Assembly (NCBI GenBank): GCA_958296045.1 | Contig: CATQHT010000001.1 | Coordinates: forward strand, 773,395 to 837,394 | Length of the DNA: 64,000 nt | Direction: 5' to 3' | Source of the DNA: Rhodothermales bacterium | GTDB taxonomy: Bacteria > Bacteroidota > Rhodothermia > Rhodothermales > Bin80 | Shown: in pieces, positions 10,000 through 20,400 of the stretch | Position numbering within the stretch: position 1 is the first letter of the stretch | How the letters are laid out: each line of letters opens with the position of its first letter | The notes under the pieces: model-generated | Database searches by the model: none | What the model saw: the letters and a program-made list of their open reading frames with translations, nothing else | What the model was told of the DNA's origin: nothing | Translations under genes and position numbers: made by a program

Positions 10000-12099
10000 T
10001 CAGCGTGTTTGCAGAGTTCGAGATCGGATCGTCAACGCAGGGTTGAGGCTGAAGAAATTGTGCGGCCTTATGTGGATTGTCTTCCAGTCCGTCGACATAA
10101 CCGGCCAGTCCTCGGCCCGGGTAATGTGGTGGAAGCCTGTGGTGAACCAGGTCACCACATCTGTGCCCTGCAGCGGTCTGTCGGCCTTGACCCACTCGGC
10201 CAGCGTATCCGAGCCGTCGCTCTGCATCGCGAAGTCGCCGCCGGCGTAGCGCCGGGTCGGGTCGTAGACGGTGTTCCATATTGTATACTCGATGTAAGCG
10301 TTGCGCTTCATTGGCGGGTCAACCGCGAAGTCGAATGGCCCGTAAGCCACGTTGCCGTGGTGGATCATGTATGCAGGGTGGTGGCCCAGCGGCGTAAGCT
10401 CGGCCTCGTTTGCCACCAGGAAGTACCTTGGCGCCACAGCGCTTAGTCTGTAGCGAGCCTTGAGCTCAGTGGCTGGGTGCGAGCGTCGAACGGTCCAGAA
10501 GGAGCGGCGCGGGTTGTCCGGCGGCGGTTCATCCGGTACGATCTCCAGGACAGCGGGGTGGTTGAAGCGACCGTCGATGTCAAAGTCAAGGCGGAAGTTG
10601 AAATAGTGGTCGTGGAACGGGGCCACAAGATTCGGCGCTACCAACGTTCCGTGTGCGGTATCGGTGGCGGAAGAGTCCTGCATGGTAGTGGAAGCAACAC
10701 CCTTGACCGCGTCCAGACCGGTGGCACCAATTGCGATATGGATGTCACCGTTCTGCCGAAACCGATAGTCGATCAGATAGTCGTAGTTGCCGATCACCGA
10801 AGCAGTGCGCACAACCAGCTCGGTATCCGGCCTACCCTCGGCTGGGACAAACCTGTCATCGCTTTGGGCGAACACCTCGAAATGTCGCCACGCAGGGTCG
10901 CCAACGTAGCGCTCGAATATGCAGATGACATCTGGAATCGTAAGTGGCTGGCCCCGATCATCGCTGACGACCGTGGGCAGGAAGGTGGCATGGGCGGGAC
11001 AATCGAGGCCAGCTTCGAGCGGGCTGAGGAACAGGCCAAAGCCGTATTCGCCGCTGTCCATAAAGGTGCGGAAATACCAGCTCTGCGCGGGGTCCATGTA
11101 GGGCACGAACACCTCGGAGAGGTGGGCTTGGTAGAGCACCGAGCGCCATCGCTCGCCGTCGCGCACATCTACGGTAGAAAGTACCACACCCTCGCGCTTA
11201 CCAACGCGCAGGCGGAAGCGCCAGATGTCCCACATAACACGGGAGCCCTCTATTTCGAAGCCAGCGCCGCCCGGTTGCGCCAAAGTGACTGGGCTCGACC
11301 GGGGTCGCAACGGGACCCGGGCGGCTACCTCGTGCTGCGTGTACCCCCAGTTATCTTTCGGCACTGGTACAACAGCTTCATCGACTACGTCGATAGCGCG
11401 GTTCGACGATAGATCTACGACTGCCAGAAGGCCCTCTATCGGCTTGGCGTAGTAATTCGAACCAGACGGGTTGAGGTAGCAGGGGACTTTCATCAGGCGC
11501 GTGCCGTCGTACTCCGGCGCCGGGTAGTTGCCGGCGGTTAGCGGCAGACAAAACACGTCGTCTGGCGTCAAGCCCCTTCGTGTTAATCCGGCGACCATGC
11601 CCGGATGCTCGAGAGCGGCGTTCATGGCACTGGTGAACTCCTCGAATAGCACCATCGGCTGCCCCTCGGCCGGGCCGGCGGCCACAACTGCACCGCGATC
11701 GAGGTCGACGACGGCAGTGCGGAAATCGCTTCGGTCGTGAAGATGTACCAAGGCGCGACGGGGCCCAGGGTCTCCGTCCGTCCACGCTAGCACAGTGGCC
11801 TTCGGCGGCTCGAGCAATTCGATCAGCGGGTATCGTGTCTGGTCATCCGCCTCGCCAGAGTGATTTAAAATCTCGGTGACACGGCGGATTTCTGCGCTCG
11901 TCAAGCCGTCAAGCGGGTGGGGGGTCGCCAATGCTTGGCCACCAGACGGCCTGGCAGTTGTGGCCATCAGCACAATGGCGAACAGCAGCCCTATCGCCGC
12001 GGGGTGGCCAAAGGCGACCGCGAATCGGTTTTGGACTCCCTTGTGCTGCCACACGCTGGTGCAAGGTGTGCTGTTGAGCGCGGAATGTACAGGACTCAT
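10000..12099 (-). CDS. Copper-containing primary amine oxidase (TPQ cofactor)
   Basis: 699 aa. It has the TPQ consensus 'SVIGNYDYLIDY' and the His-ligand regions 'FHDHYFNFRLDFD' and 'GFHHITRAEDWPVM'. The N-terminal hydrophobic/signal region means the true start may lie internal to the ORF start. Confidence 0.9.
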   Translation of the reverse strand: MSPVHSALNSTPCTSVWQHKGVQNRFAVAFGHPAAIGLLFAIVLMATTARPSGGQALATPHPLDGLTSAEIRRVTEILNHSGEADDQTRYPLIELLEPPKATVLAWTDGDPGPRRALVHLHDRSDFRTAVVDLDRGAVVAAGPAEGQPMVLFEEFTSAMNAALEHPGMVAGLTRRGLTPDDVFCLPLTAGNYPAPEYDGTRLMKVPCYLNPSGSNYYAKPIEGLLAVVDLSSNRAIDVVDEAVVPVPKDNWGYTQHEVAARVPLRPRSSPVTLAQPGGAGFEIEGSRVMWDIWRFRLRVGKREGVVLSTVDVRDGERWRSVLYQAHLSEVFVPYMDPAQSWYFRTFMDSGEYGFGLFLSPLEAGLDCPAHATFLPTVVSDDRGQPLTIPDVICIFERYVGDPAWRHFEVFAQSDDRFVPAEGRPDTELVVRTASVIGNYDYLIDYRFRQNGDIHIAIGATGLDAVKGVASTTMQDSSATDTAHGTLVAPNLVAPFHDHYFNFRLDFDIDGRFNHPAVLEIVPDEPPPDNPRRSFWTVRRSHPATELKARYRLSAVAPRYFLVANEAELTPLGHHPAYMIHHGNVAYGPFDFAVDPPMKRNAYIEYTIWNTVYDPTRRYAGGDFAMQSDGSDTLAEWVKADRPLQGTDVVTWFTTGFHHITRAEDWPVMSTDWKTIHIRPHNFFSLNPALTIRSRTLQTR

Positions 12100-12305
12100 C
12101 GTCGGAATTCGTTTAGTGGAGGGACCTCTTGCAAGACCCGTTAAGCAGAGAGGATTTCTGGGTAGGTTACAAAACTAAGGACCGGATGCTCCGATTCCGG
12201 CATTTCCCGGGTAGCCAAAATGGATAATGAAAACGTAAGGCAACTAGAGGCGCCCATATTCCTTAGAGCAATGCTACGTGGTATCTGCATCAGTTGTCAA
12301 CGACA

Positions 12306-13202
12306 GCTCCCTTTCTTGAGCAACGAAGCGTTGCAGGCCTGAGCATCCTGGATTTCCCACTCCCCCGGTGGCTGCGTCCTCGCTATCGAACTCAGCGACC
12401 GCCTACTGGAATGGACAAGCAAGCCGGGCCCGAGGAACCTTCAGCTCGCTTCTGGAAACCGTCCATGGTCGGCCACGAGGCTCCGCTACATGAGCCGCTT
12501 CCCGATCGTCTTTGCCACGACGTGCTGAGTCTGGACCATCGTATCCAATGCCCGGATGTTGTACCGCCCCGCGAAGGCGTGGACGTAGGCCTGGAGGTGC
12601 TGCGTGCTGAGTCGGTGGTAGACCCCCTTATGTGCCCGCGCAAGCTATCTGCCAGAACGAATTGACCCCGTTCATGTGGATCGTCGCGCTTACGAGATAC
12701 CGGACGTATTCGGCCACCGAGTGCGTCACCGTCTCGTGTTCTCGCCCGGTTTCCTTGAAGGCTGCCGTGTCGTCGGTGAAGACTAGAGCGCCGGGGGCTG
12801 CATGTTCGACCGCGAAGCCCTGTAGCGTCTCCCGCTTCATGCGGTCAATCACCCTCGCGACTATGTGTCCGGTCACCCGGTCCTTGGTCTGGAGCACCGC
12901 AGTCTTCCCGGACCCCAGCCCACCTCTACCAGTTCGAGTTGCTCCAATTCGCCCGTTTACCGCCAACGTTGCACTCGTCCACCTCGACCAGCCCCTCGAA
13001 GCCGGTCCGCACCTCGTCGAATGCCTCCCGGATCCAATGTAGCATGAACCAGGCGTACGGGTACGAGATATCGGTGCAGCTTGATCGCTCCGACTTCCTT
13101 GTGGCTGGTCCGTTCGAGGTAGATTGCCCAATCCCACATCTGAAAGGGACGCTTCGAGGCTTCCATGCTGGTCCCGGTCTTTCCGATGTGGCTCTTAGTC
13201 AT
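12306..13202 (-). pseudogene. IS1595-family transposase, 5'-truncated and frameshifted (copy A)
   Basis: Three minus-strand frames together give 'TGTSMEASKRPFQMWDWAIYL..', 'HRDISYPYAWFMLHWIREAF..LVEVDECNVGGKR', 'GKTAVLQTKDRVTGHIVARVIDRMKRETLQGFAVEHAAPGALVFTDDTAAFKE..HETVTHS..YV..TIHMNGVNSFW' and 'KGVYHRLSTQHLQAYVHAFAGRYNIR'. This is the IS1595/ISXO2-like DDE layout. The N-terminal zinc-ribbon part is absent. Confidence 0.75.
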
Positions 13203-16200
13203 TGTAGTCGCCTCTTGGATTCGTTGAACGACGCCATTAGCAGCGCGCCAATGCGCTGTGCCATATGCGAAAAATATTGAACCTCATCAGGACGAAGTGC
13301 TCTGTTCAGGACTTTATGTTCCCGATAGGATAACCACTTCTTAAGCACCTGGTAACCGCTAAGCCGGTAGTTCCAGACGCTGGCCGGGACGTTGGACCAG
13401 AAGGCTTCCTCATTCAGGTACACATCGAAGGTCGTTTCACCGAGTACGGTTATGTGCTTTGACAGCGCGTCGCGCTCCTCCACTCGATAAGCGCGTTCGA
13501 CAATGCGGCCGTTTCCGGGCATTACTGCGTCACCATTACCGCGGCGACCCCAGCCCGCGGTTACCTTGAAGTTCTTGTCCGCCATATAGAGCGCCTCAAC
13601 CTTACTCGCAACACCAATCTTGGGATACAGCTGTATCCCGGTGCTGCTTGGCACGGGTTGCTCCGAATCGAGCAGCGCGGCCAGCAAGCGCCCGCGTCTT
13701 GCCGAGCGAGTTAGTGCTTGAGCCGCTCCTTTGCCCCCGCCATCCGGCCATCCGGGCAGAGGGATGCGCGGCCATTCCATGCGCAATGCTCCAGAGTTGG
13801 CTTCTCGATACGCTGGATCATGCAGTGTCGCAAGCACATGGTGAAACAAATCTTCGACACCAAGACCGAGGCGGGCGAGATACTGCTCCGCCCGTCCGGT
13901 AAGGTTTGCACGGCGTTTTTCACGACCATCGCACGTCAGCCCATTGTCGAGCAGCCAAGCCGGAAACCAGCTGGACAGTCCGTTCCCGAAGTTATCAGCG
14001 AGATTGCCCACCGAGGTTCCTCGCGTGAATTCTTCCCGAGCCTCGCGTTCACGGGCTTCAAGCCATATATTCCCGTTGAATACTTGTGGCGCGTAGTCGG
14101 CGCGCTTTCTGTCGAGCAGCTTCGTATCCTTCTCCCAGTAAAGCCACCGGGTGTCGAATGGCCGGTATGCAAAGCGAATGAACCCGCTTTCGTCTGGCCC
14201 TCCGCGCCTGAGGAGCGCGTCGCGCACTGGACGGGCATCGAACTGAGCAGTGGACTTCATAGCCCTCGGATAGCGTCGCGCGATCTCCTCATGGCTCAGT
14301 CTCGAGTCAAAATATTCGCCAATACGCGTCTTGAGGCAGTCAAGGTCTATGTCAACCAGAAAGCTGTCGCGACTTGTCTTAACGCCGGGAAAAGAGACAG
14401 GGAACAGGTCAGGCAACGCAGGCCATTCGAACCAGTCACTACTCATGGTTATTGGCTTGAATGGCAGACCCAGTGGAATGGAAGGTGTGAAATCGGAGTA
14501 CAGTGTGTCTGAATCGGTCTCGGCAGAGACGATTAGCTCAGCAGCTTTTGACTGTCCCCACAAATGCCGGAAGGCGATGGCGCCGCTGGGTTTGTGGTTC
14601 CGTTTACGAATCAGCGTCGCAATGGCCGTACCCACCTGAATACCCACCGACTTGCTAGGGACCGTGAATATGCTCGGATCCGGTTCTCCAGAGGGCGTCT
14701 TGCCTCCCTTTCGCGTATCGCCGTTCAGGCAGTCGATCCGAATCGTGTCAAATGCCTTCAGGTAACGCTCCCTCATCCCGGTAAAGGACAAGCCGTCCAG
14801 CCAAGAGTAGTTGGAGATGAAGCAAACTACCCCTCGCCCGGTTTTTTCCACGATGCGTCGCTCAGCCATGCGGAAGAAGCGCACGTATAGGTCATTCAGG
14901 CCCTGTCCTTTGGGTCTGCGCACGCGTTGAGTCGTCCGGTACGCTTCTGAGAGCTCGCGTTCCTCATTCACCGCCACGCTTGCAAAACCGTTGTAGGGCG
15001 GGTTGCCTAGGATCACAAGAACCGGTTTCTTTTGCTTCACCTGCTCCGCCCGGTCGCGCTCCTCTTCGAATTCCGGGAAGAGCAGCGGCTTGGTCGTGCC
15101 CGGCTCCCAGCCCGTTAGCGCATTGGTAAGAAAAACCCCGGGACGCTCCGATCCGTCTCCCGCTAACGGTATGCCCAGATTCTGCATCGTGAGGCCAATC
15201 TGCAGATGGGCCACCACGAATGGCGCAGGCATGATTTCGAATCCGAAGACTCGCTCAGTCGCTGCCTTCTTTATGTACACGCCGCCGAGCGCCCCGAAGC
15301 CCTGCTCCTTGAGATTGCCAGCGATGCGGCGGAGCACTTCCGCTAGGTAGGCGCCCGTGCCACAGCACGGGTCGAGCACATATACGTTCTCGTCCGCGAG
15401 TCCTGCCGCGATGCTCAGATCGTCCTTCAGCGCCCTATCCACGCGCGCCACCATGTACTGAACAACTGTGGTCGGTGTGTACCAAACCCCCAACTGCTTT
15501 CTGAGAACGGGATCGAATGCTTCGAGGAACGGTTCGTAGAAATACTGAACCGCCTCTCCCTCACTAAACCGTGAAAAGAACTTTGTCCTCTCCACCCGGT
15601 CCAGCGCTGCTGATGTCCAATTCAGTATCTCGTCCAGGCCGAGCGGCTTCAATCGGCCCGGGTCGGACAGCTGCTGAAACAAGGCGCGCAGCACGGGTGT
15701 ACGCAAAAACCAGACCGCTTCGCGCCAATTGAACCGCTTTGGAGTATAATGGCCGTCGTATAGTGGGCCGCTGCTCTTATCCTGAACATTGCGAGACCAC
15801 AGCACCCACGCGGAAAAGACGCCGTAGAACAGCGTCTGAATCAAAGTCGAATGGAAGAAATGTTTCCCCCGCTCTCCCTCGAATCGAATCCCAAGCGCTT
15901 CCTCCATTGCCGAGCGGACGGCCAGAAGCGATTCACCATTCCCCGCCGCTGTAATGCGATCCAAGCCGTCGCGCGCGTAGGAAGCCAGCAGCCACGCCAA
16001 GTCTTTGGGCTCGGCCAGGGTGGCCTGCTGCGAAAGCGCCCGCGCCAGATACTCACCGAGGCTCATGCCCACCTTGTGGGCGAAATCGCGCGGTTCTTCC
16101 ACCCTGCGCCAGAATTCGTCTACTGCCTCCGCCAGCGTGAAAGACTCGAGCTTGGCGTGGCTTCCCGTCCCATCCGGTCCCACTAGAACGAAGCTCCGAA

Positions 16201-16633
16201 GATTCGTAACCAGCACCAGCTGGTAATGGCCCAGGTATCGGCTCACCTGCTCGGAGCGCGCCGTCAAATGGGCGTCGTCATACACGCCCTTCACCTCGAC
16301 GACGCCGCGCTCTGGAATCTGCCCCGGCATCGGACGGCCCCTCTGAATTTGCCCCGACGCGTACAAAGCAATGTCGGGATGGCCAACCCCCTGATCTGCC
16401 AATTCGGACACGCAGAATACCGTGGGCTTGAGCGTAGCGCCCACGGCGCCCAAAAGGCCTGCCAGCGCCGGATAATACGACCGTTCTCTTGTCGCGCCGC
16501 CGGAGGCACGCACATGCCGGATATCCGCAAAATATGCCTCCGCCGCAGCAACCAGCTCCTTGTTCGTTTTGGCCATGGTATTATTCCAGCAATTCAGGTG
16601 CGGCAAGCAGCAGCGGCATTAGCATTAAGGTAA
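12872..16633. repeat. Direct repeat, copy A of the collinear 3762-bp core (offset 4267 bp to copy B)
   Basis: Base-by-base comparison with 17139-20900. Homology ends exactly after 'attaaggtaa' (16633). It extends further left, with indels, to ~12305. Confidence 0.9.
13199..16576 (-). CDS. Single-chain type IIG/IIL (MmeI-like) restriction-modification enzyme: PD-(D/E)xK-like nuclease + N6-adenine methyltransferase + TRD (copy 1)
   Basis: 1125 aa counted from the ATG shared with copy 2. The track ORF runs 10 codons further upstream, to 16606. N-terminus 'HPDIALY...VVEVKG..SRYLGHYQLVLVTNLRSFVL', SAM motif I 'VLDPCCGTGAYL', motif IV 'LGNPPYNGF', and C-terminal 'YRLSGYQVLKKWLSYRE', a motif seen in MmeI-family and type ISP enzymes. 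Confidence 0.8.
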   Translation of the reverse strand: MAKTNKELVAAAEAYFADIRHVRASGGATRERSYYPALAGLLGAVGATLKPTVFCVSELADQGVGHPDIALYASGQIQRGRPMPGQIPERGVVEVKGVYDDAHLTARSEQVSRYLGHYQLVLVTNLRSFVLVGPDGTGSHAKLESFTLAEAVDEFWRRVEEPRDFAHKVGMSLGEYLARALSQQATLAEPKDLAWLLASYARDGLDRITAAGNGESLLAVRSAMEEALGIRFEGERGKHFFHSTLIQTLFYGVFSAWVLWSRNVQDKSSGPLYDGHYTPKRFNWREAVWFLRTPVLRALFQQLSDPGRLKPLGLDEILNWTSAALDRVERTKFFSRFSEGEAVQYFYEPFLEAFDPVLRKQLGVWYTPTTVVQYMVARVDRALKDDLSIAAGLADENVYVLDPCCGTGAYLAEVLRRIAGNLKEQGFGALGGVYIKKAATERVFGFEIMPAPFVVAHLQIGLTMQNLGIPLAGDGSERPGVFLTNALTGWEPGTTKPLLFPEFEEERDRAEQVKQKKPVLVILGNPPYNGFASVAVNEERELSEAYRTTQRVRRPKGQGLNDLYVRFFRMAERRIVEKTGRGVVCFISNYSWLDGLSFTGMRERYLKAFDTIRIDCLNGDTRKGGKTPSGEPDPSIFTVPSKSVGIQVGTAIATLIRKRNHKPSGAIAFRHLWGQSKAAELIVSAETDSDTLYSDFTPSIPLGLPFKPITMSSDWFEWPALPDLFPVSFPGVKTSRDSFLVDIDLDCLKTRIGEYFDSRLSHEEIARRYPRAMKSTAQFDARPVRDALLRRGGPDESGFIRFAYRPFDTRWLYWEKDTKLLDRKRADYAPQVFNGNIWLEAREREAREEFTRGTSVGNLADNFGNGLSSWFPAWLLDNGLTCDGREKRRANLTGRAEQYLARLGLGVEDLFHHVLATLHDPAYREANSGALRMEWPRIPLPGWPDGGGKGAAQALTRSARRGRLLAALLDSEQPVPSSTGIQLYPKIGVASKVEALYMADKNFKVTAGWGRRGNGDAVMPGNGRIVERAYRVEERDALSKHITVLGETTFDVYLNEEAFWSNVPASVWNYRLSGYQVLKKWLSYREHKVLNRALRPDEVQYFSHMAQRIGALLMASFNESKRRLQ

Positions 16634-16815
16634 CGGTGAATGCGTGACTGAGGCAACATTCCCCTCCCTCACAGACGGACCCTGTAGCCGATCCAGCGCT
16701 CCCCCCCCAGGGGGGCGAATTCTTGGACCGCGTCCGAAGCCGTGCGATATCGCTTAGCTTCGCGGTTTCGTAGTTGGTGGCCTCCACGTCGAACGGCTTG
16801 CGCGGGTTATGGCAG

Positions 16816-17469
16816 GCTCCCTTTCTTGAGCAGCGAAACGTGCAGGCCTGAGCCTCCAGGTTTTTCCAGCTCCTGTATGTTACGCCGCCCTGCGAAGGCG
16901 TTGACGTAGGCCTGGTGGTTCGGGATGAGCCGGTGGCAGACCTCCTTGTGTACCTGCTTCAGCATCGAAATGACTCGACCCCGTTCGTGTGGATCGCCAC
17001 GCCTTCGGGATACCGGGCGTATTCGGCCGCCGAGTGCGTCACCGTCTCGCGCTCTCGCCCGATGCCCTTGTAGGCTGGCGCTTCGTCGGTCTAGAGGAGA
17101 GTGCTGGGGTCGCATTTAGGTCCATAAAGCCCTGGAGTGTCACCCGGTCCTTGGCCTGGAGCACCGCGGGCTTCCCGGACCCCGGCCCACCTCTACCAGT
17201 TCGAGTTGCTCCAATTCGCCCGTTTACCGCCAACGTTGCACTCGTCCACCTCGACCAGCCCCTCGAAGCCGGTCCGCACCTCGTCGAATGCCTCCCGGAT
17301 CCGATGTAGCATGAACCAGGCGTACGGGTACGAGATATCGGTGCAGCTTGATCGCTCCGACTTCCTTGTGGCTGGTCCGTTCGAGGTAGATTGCCCAATC
17401 CCACATCTGAAAGGGACGCTTCGAGGCTTCCATGCTGGTCCCGGTCTTTCCGATGTGGATCTCAGTCAT
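16816..17469 (-). pseudogene. IS1595-family transposase, 5'-truncated, frameshifted and internally deleted (copy B)
   Basis: It has the same junction and N-terminal fragment as copy A ('MTEIHIGKTGTSMEASKRPFQMWDWAIYL') and the C-terminal 'SMLKQVHKEVCHRLIPNHQAYVNAFAGRRNIQ'. It lacks ~45 bp and ~190 bp that are present in copy A. Confidence 0.7.
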
Positions 17470-20400
17470 TGTAGTCGCCTCTTGGATTCGTTGAACGACG
17501 CCATTAGCAGCGCGCCAATGCGCTGTGCCATATACGAAAAATATTGAACCTCATCAGGACGAAGTGCTCTGTTCAGGACTTTATGTTCCCGATAGGACAA
17601 CCACTTCTTAAGCACCTGGTAACCGCTAAGCCGGTAGTTCCAGACGCGGGCGGGGACGTTGGACCAGAAGGCTTCCTCATTCAGGTACACATCGAAGGTC
17701 GTTTTACCGAGTACGGTTATGTGCTTTGACAGCGCGTTGCGCTCCTCCACTCGATAAGCGCGTTCGACAATGCGGCCGTTTCCAGGCATTACTGCGTCAC
17801 CATTACCGCGGCGACCCCAGCCCGCGGTTACCTTGAAGTTCTTGTCCGCCATGTAGAGAGCTTCAACCTTACTCGCAACACCAATTTTGGGATACAGCTG
17901 TATCCCGGTGCTGCTTGGCACGGGTTGCTCCGAATCGAGCAGCGCGGCCAGCAAGCGCCCGCGTCTTGCCGAGCGAGTTAGTGCTTGAGCCGCTCCTTCG
18001 CCCCCGCCATCCGGCCATCCGGGCAGAGGGATGCGCGGCCATTCCATGCGCAATGCTCCAGAGTTGGCTTCTCGATACGCTGGATCATGCAGTGTCGCAA
18101 GCACATGGTGAAACAAATCTTCGACACCAAGACCGAGGCGGGCGAGATACTGCTCCGCCCGTCCGGTAAGGTTTGCACGGCGTTTTTCACGACCATCGCA
18201 CGTCAGCCCATTGTCGAGCAGCCAAGCCGGAAACCAGCTGGACAGTCCGTTTCCGAAGTTATCAGCAAGACTGCCCACCGAGGTTCCTCGCGTGAATTCT
18301 TCCCGAGCTTCGCGTTCACGGGCTTCAAGCCATATATTCCCGTTGAATACATGTGGCGCGTAGTCGGCGCGTTTTTCGTCAAGCAGCTTCGTATCCTTCT
18401 CCCAGTAAAGCCACCGGATGTCAAATGGCCGGTATGCGTAGCGGATGAATCCGCTTTCGTCTGGCCCTCCGCGCCTAAGGAGCGCGTCGCGAACGGAGCG
18501 GGCATCGAAGCGAGCAGTGGACTTCATAGCCCTCGGATAGCGTCGCGCGATCTCCTCATGGCTCAGTCCCGGGTCAAAATATTCGCCAATACGCGTCTTG
18601 AGGCAGTCAAGGTCTATGTCAACCAGAAAGCTGTCGCGACTTGTCTTGACGCCGGGAAAAGAGACAGGGAACAGGTCAGGCAGCGCAGGCCATTCGAACC
18701 AGTCATTACTCATGGTTATTGGCTTGAATGGCAGACCCAGTGGAACGGAAGGTGTGAAATCGGAGTACAGTTTACCTGAATCGGTCTCGGCAGAGACGAT
18801 TAGCTCAGCAGCTTTTGACTGTCCCCACAAATGCCGGAAGGCGATGGTACCGTTGGGTTTGTGGTTCCGTTTACGAATCAGCGTCGCAATGGCCGTACCC
18901 ACCTGAATACCCACCGACTTGCTAGGGACCGTGAATATGCTCGGATCCGGTTCTCCAGAGGGCGTCTTGCCTCCCTTTCGCGTATCGCCGTTCAGGCAGT
19001 CGATCCGAATCGTGTCAAATGCCTTCAGGTAACGCTCCCTCATCCCGGTAAAGGACAAGCCGTCCAGCCAAGAGTAGTTGGAGATGAAGCAAACTACCCC
19101 TCGCCCGGTTTTTTCCACGATGCGTCGCTCAGCCATGCGGAAGAAGCGCACGTATAGGTCATTCAGGCCCTGTCCTTTGGGTCTGCGCACGCGCTGAGTC
19201 GTCCGGTACGCTTCCGAGAGCTCGCGTTCCTCATTCACCGCCACGCTTGCAAAACCGTTGTAGGGCGGGTTGCCTAGGATCACAAGAACCGGTTTCTTTT
19301 GCTTCACTTGCTCCGCCCGGTCGCGCTCCTCTTCGAATTCCGGGAAGAGCAGCGGCTTGGTCGTGCCCGGCTCCCAGCCCGTTAGCGCATTGGTAAGAAA
19401 AACCCCGGGACGCTCCGATCCGTCTCCCGCTAACGGTATGCCCAGATTCTGCATCGTGAGGCCAATCTGCAGATGGGCCACCACGAATGGCGCAGGCATG
19501 ATTTCGAATCCGAAGACTCGCTCAGTCGCTGCCTTCTTTATATACACGCCGCCGAGCGCCCCGAAGCCCTGCTCCTTGAGATTGCCAGCGATGCGGCGGA
19601 GCACTTCCGCTAGGTAGGCGCCCGTGCCACAGCACGGGTCGAGCACATATACGTTCTCGTCCGCGAGTCCTGCCGCGATGCCCAGATCGTCCTTCAGCGC
19701 CCTATCCACGCGCGCCACCATGTACTGAACAACTGTGGTCGGTGTGTACCAAACCCCCAACTGCTTTCTGAGAACGGGATCGAATGCTTCGAGGAACGGT
19801 TCGTAGAAATACTGAACCGCCTCTCCCTCACTAAACCGTGAAAAGAACTTTGTCCTCTCCACCCGGTCCAGCGCTGCTGATGTCCAATTCAGTATCTCGT
19901 CCAGGCCGAGCGGCTTCAATCGGCCCGGGTCGGACAGCTGCTGAAACAAGGCGCGCAGCACGGGTGTACGCAAAAACCAGACCGCTTCGCGCCAATTGAA
20001 CCGCTTTGGAGTATAATGGCCGTCGTATAGTGGGCCGCTGCTCTTATCCTGAACATTGCGAGACCACAGCACCCACGCGGAAAAGACGCCGTAGAACAGC
20101 GTCTGAATCAAAGTCGAATGGAAGAAATGTTTCCCCCGCTCTCCCTCGAATCGAATCCCAAGCGCTTCCTCCATTGCCGAGCGGACGGCCAGAAGCGATT
20201 CACCATTCCCCGCCGCTGTAATGCGATCCAAGCCGTCGCGCGCGTAGGAAGCCAGCAGCCACGCCAAGTCTTTGGGCTCGGCCAGGGTGGCCTGCTGCGA
20301 AAGCGCCCGCGCCAGATACTCACCGAGGCTCATGCCCACCTTGTGGGCGAAATCGCGCGGTTCTTCCACCCTGCGCCAGAATTCGTCTACTGCCTCCGCC

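Noticed and set aside
16577-16606. 10-codon N-terminal extension (MPHLNCWNNT) of RM copy 1 given by the ORF track.
   Set aside because: In copy 2 the equivalent codon is a stop (c->t at 20871), and both proteins align from the shared 'MAKTNKE'. The shared ATG is the more parsimonious start.
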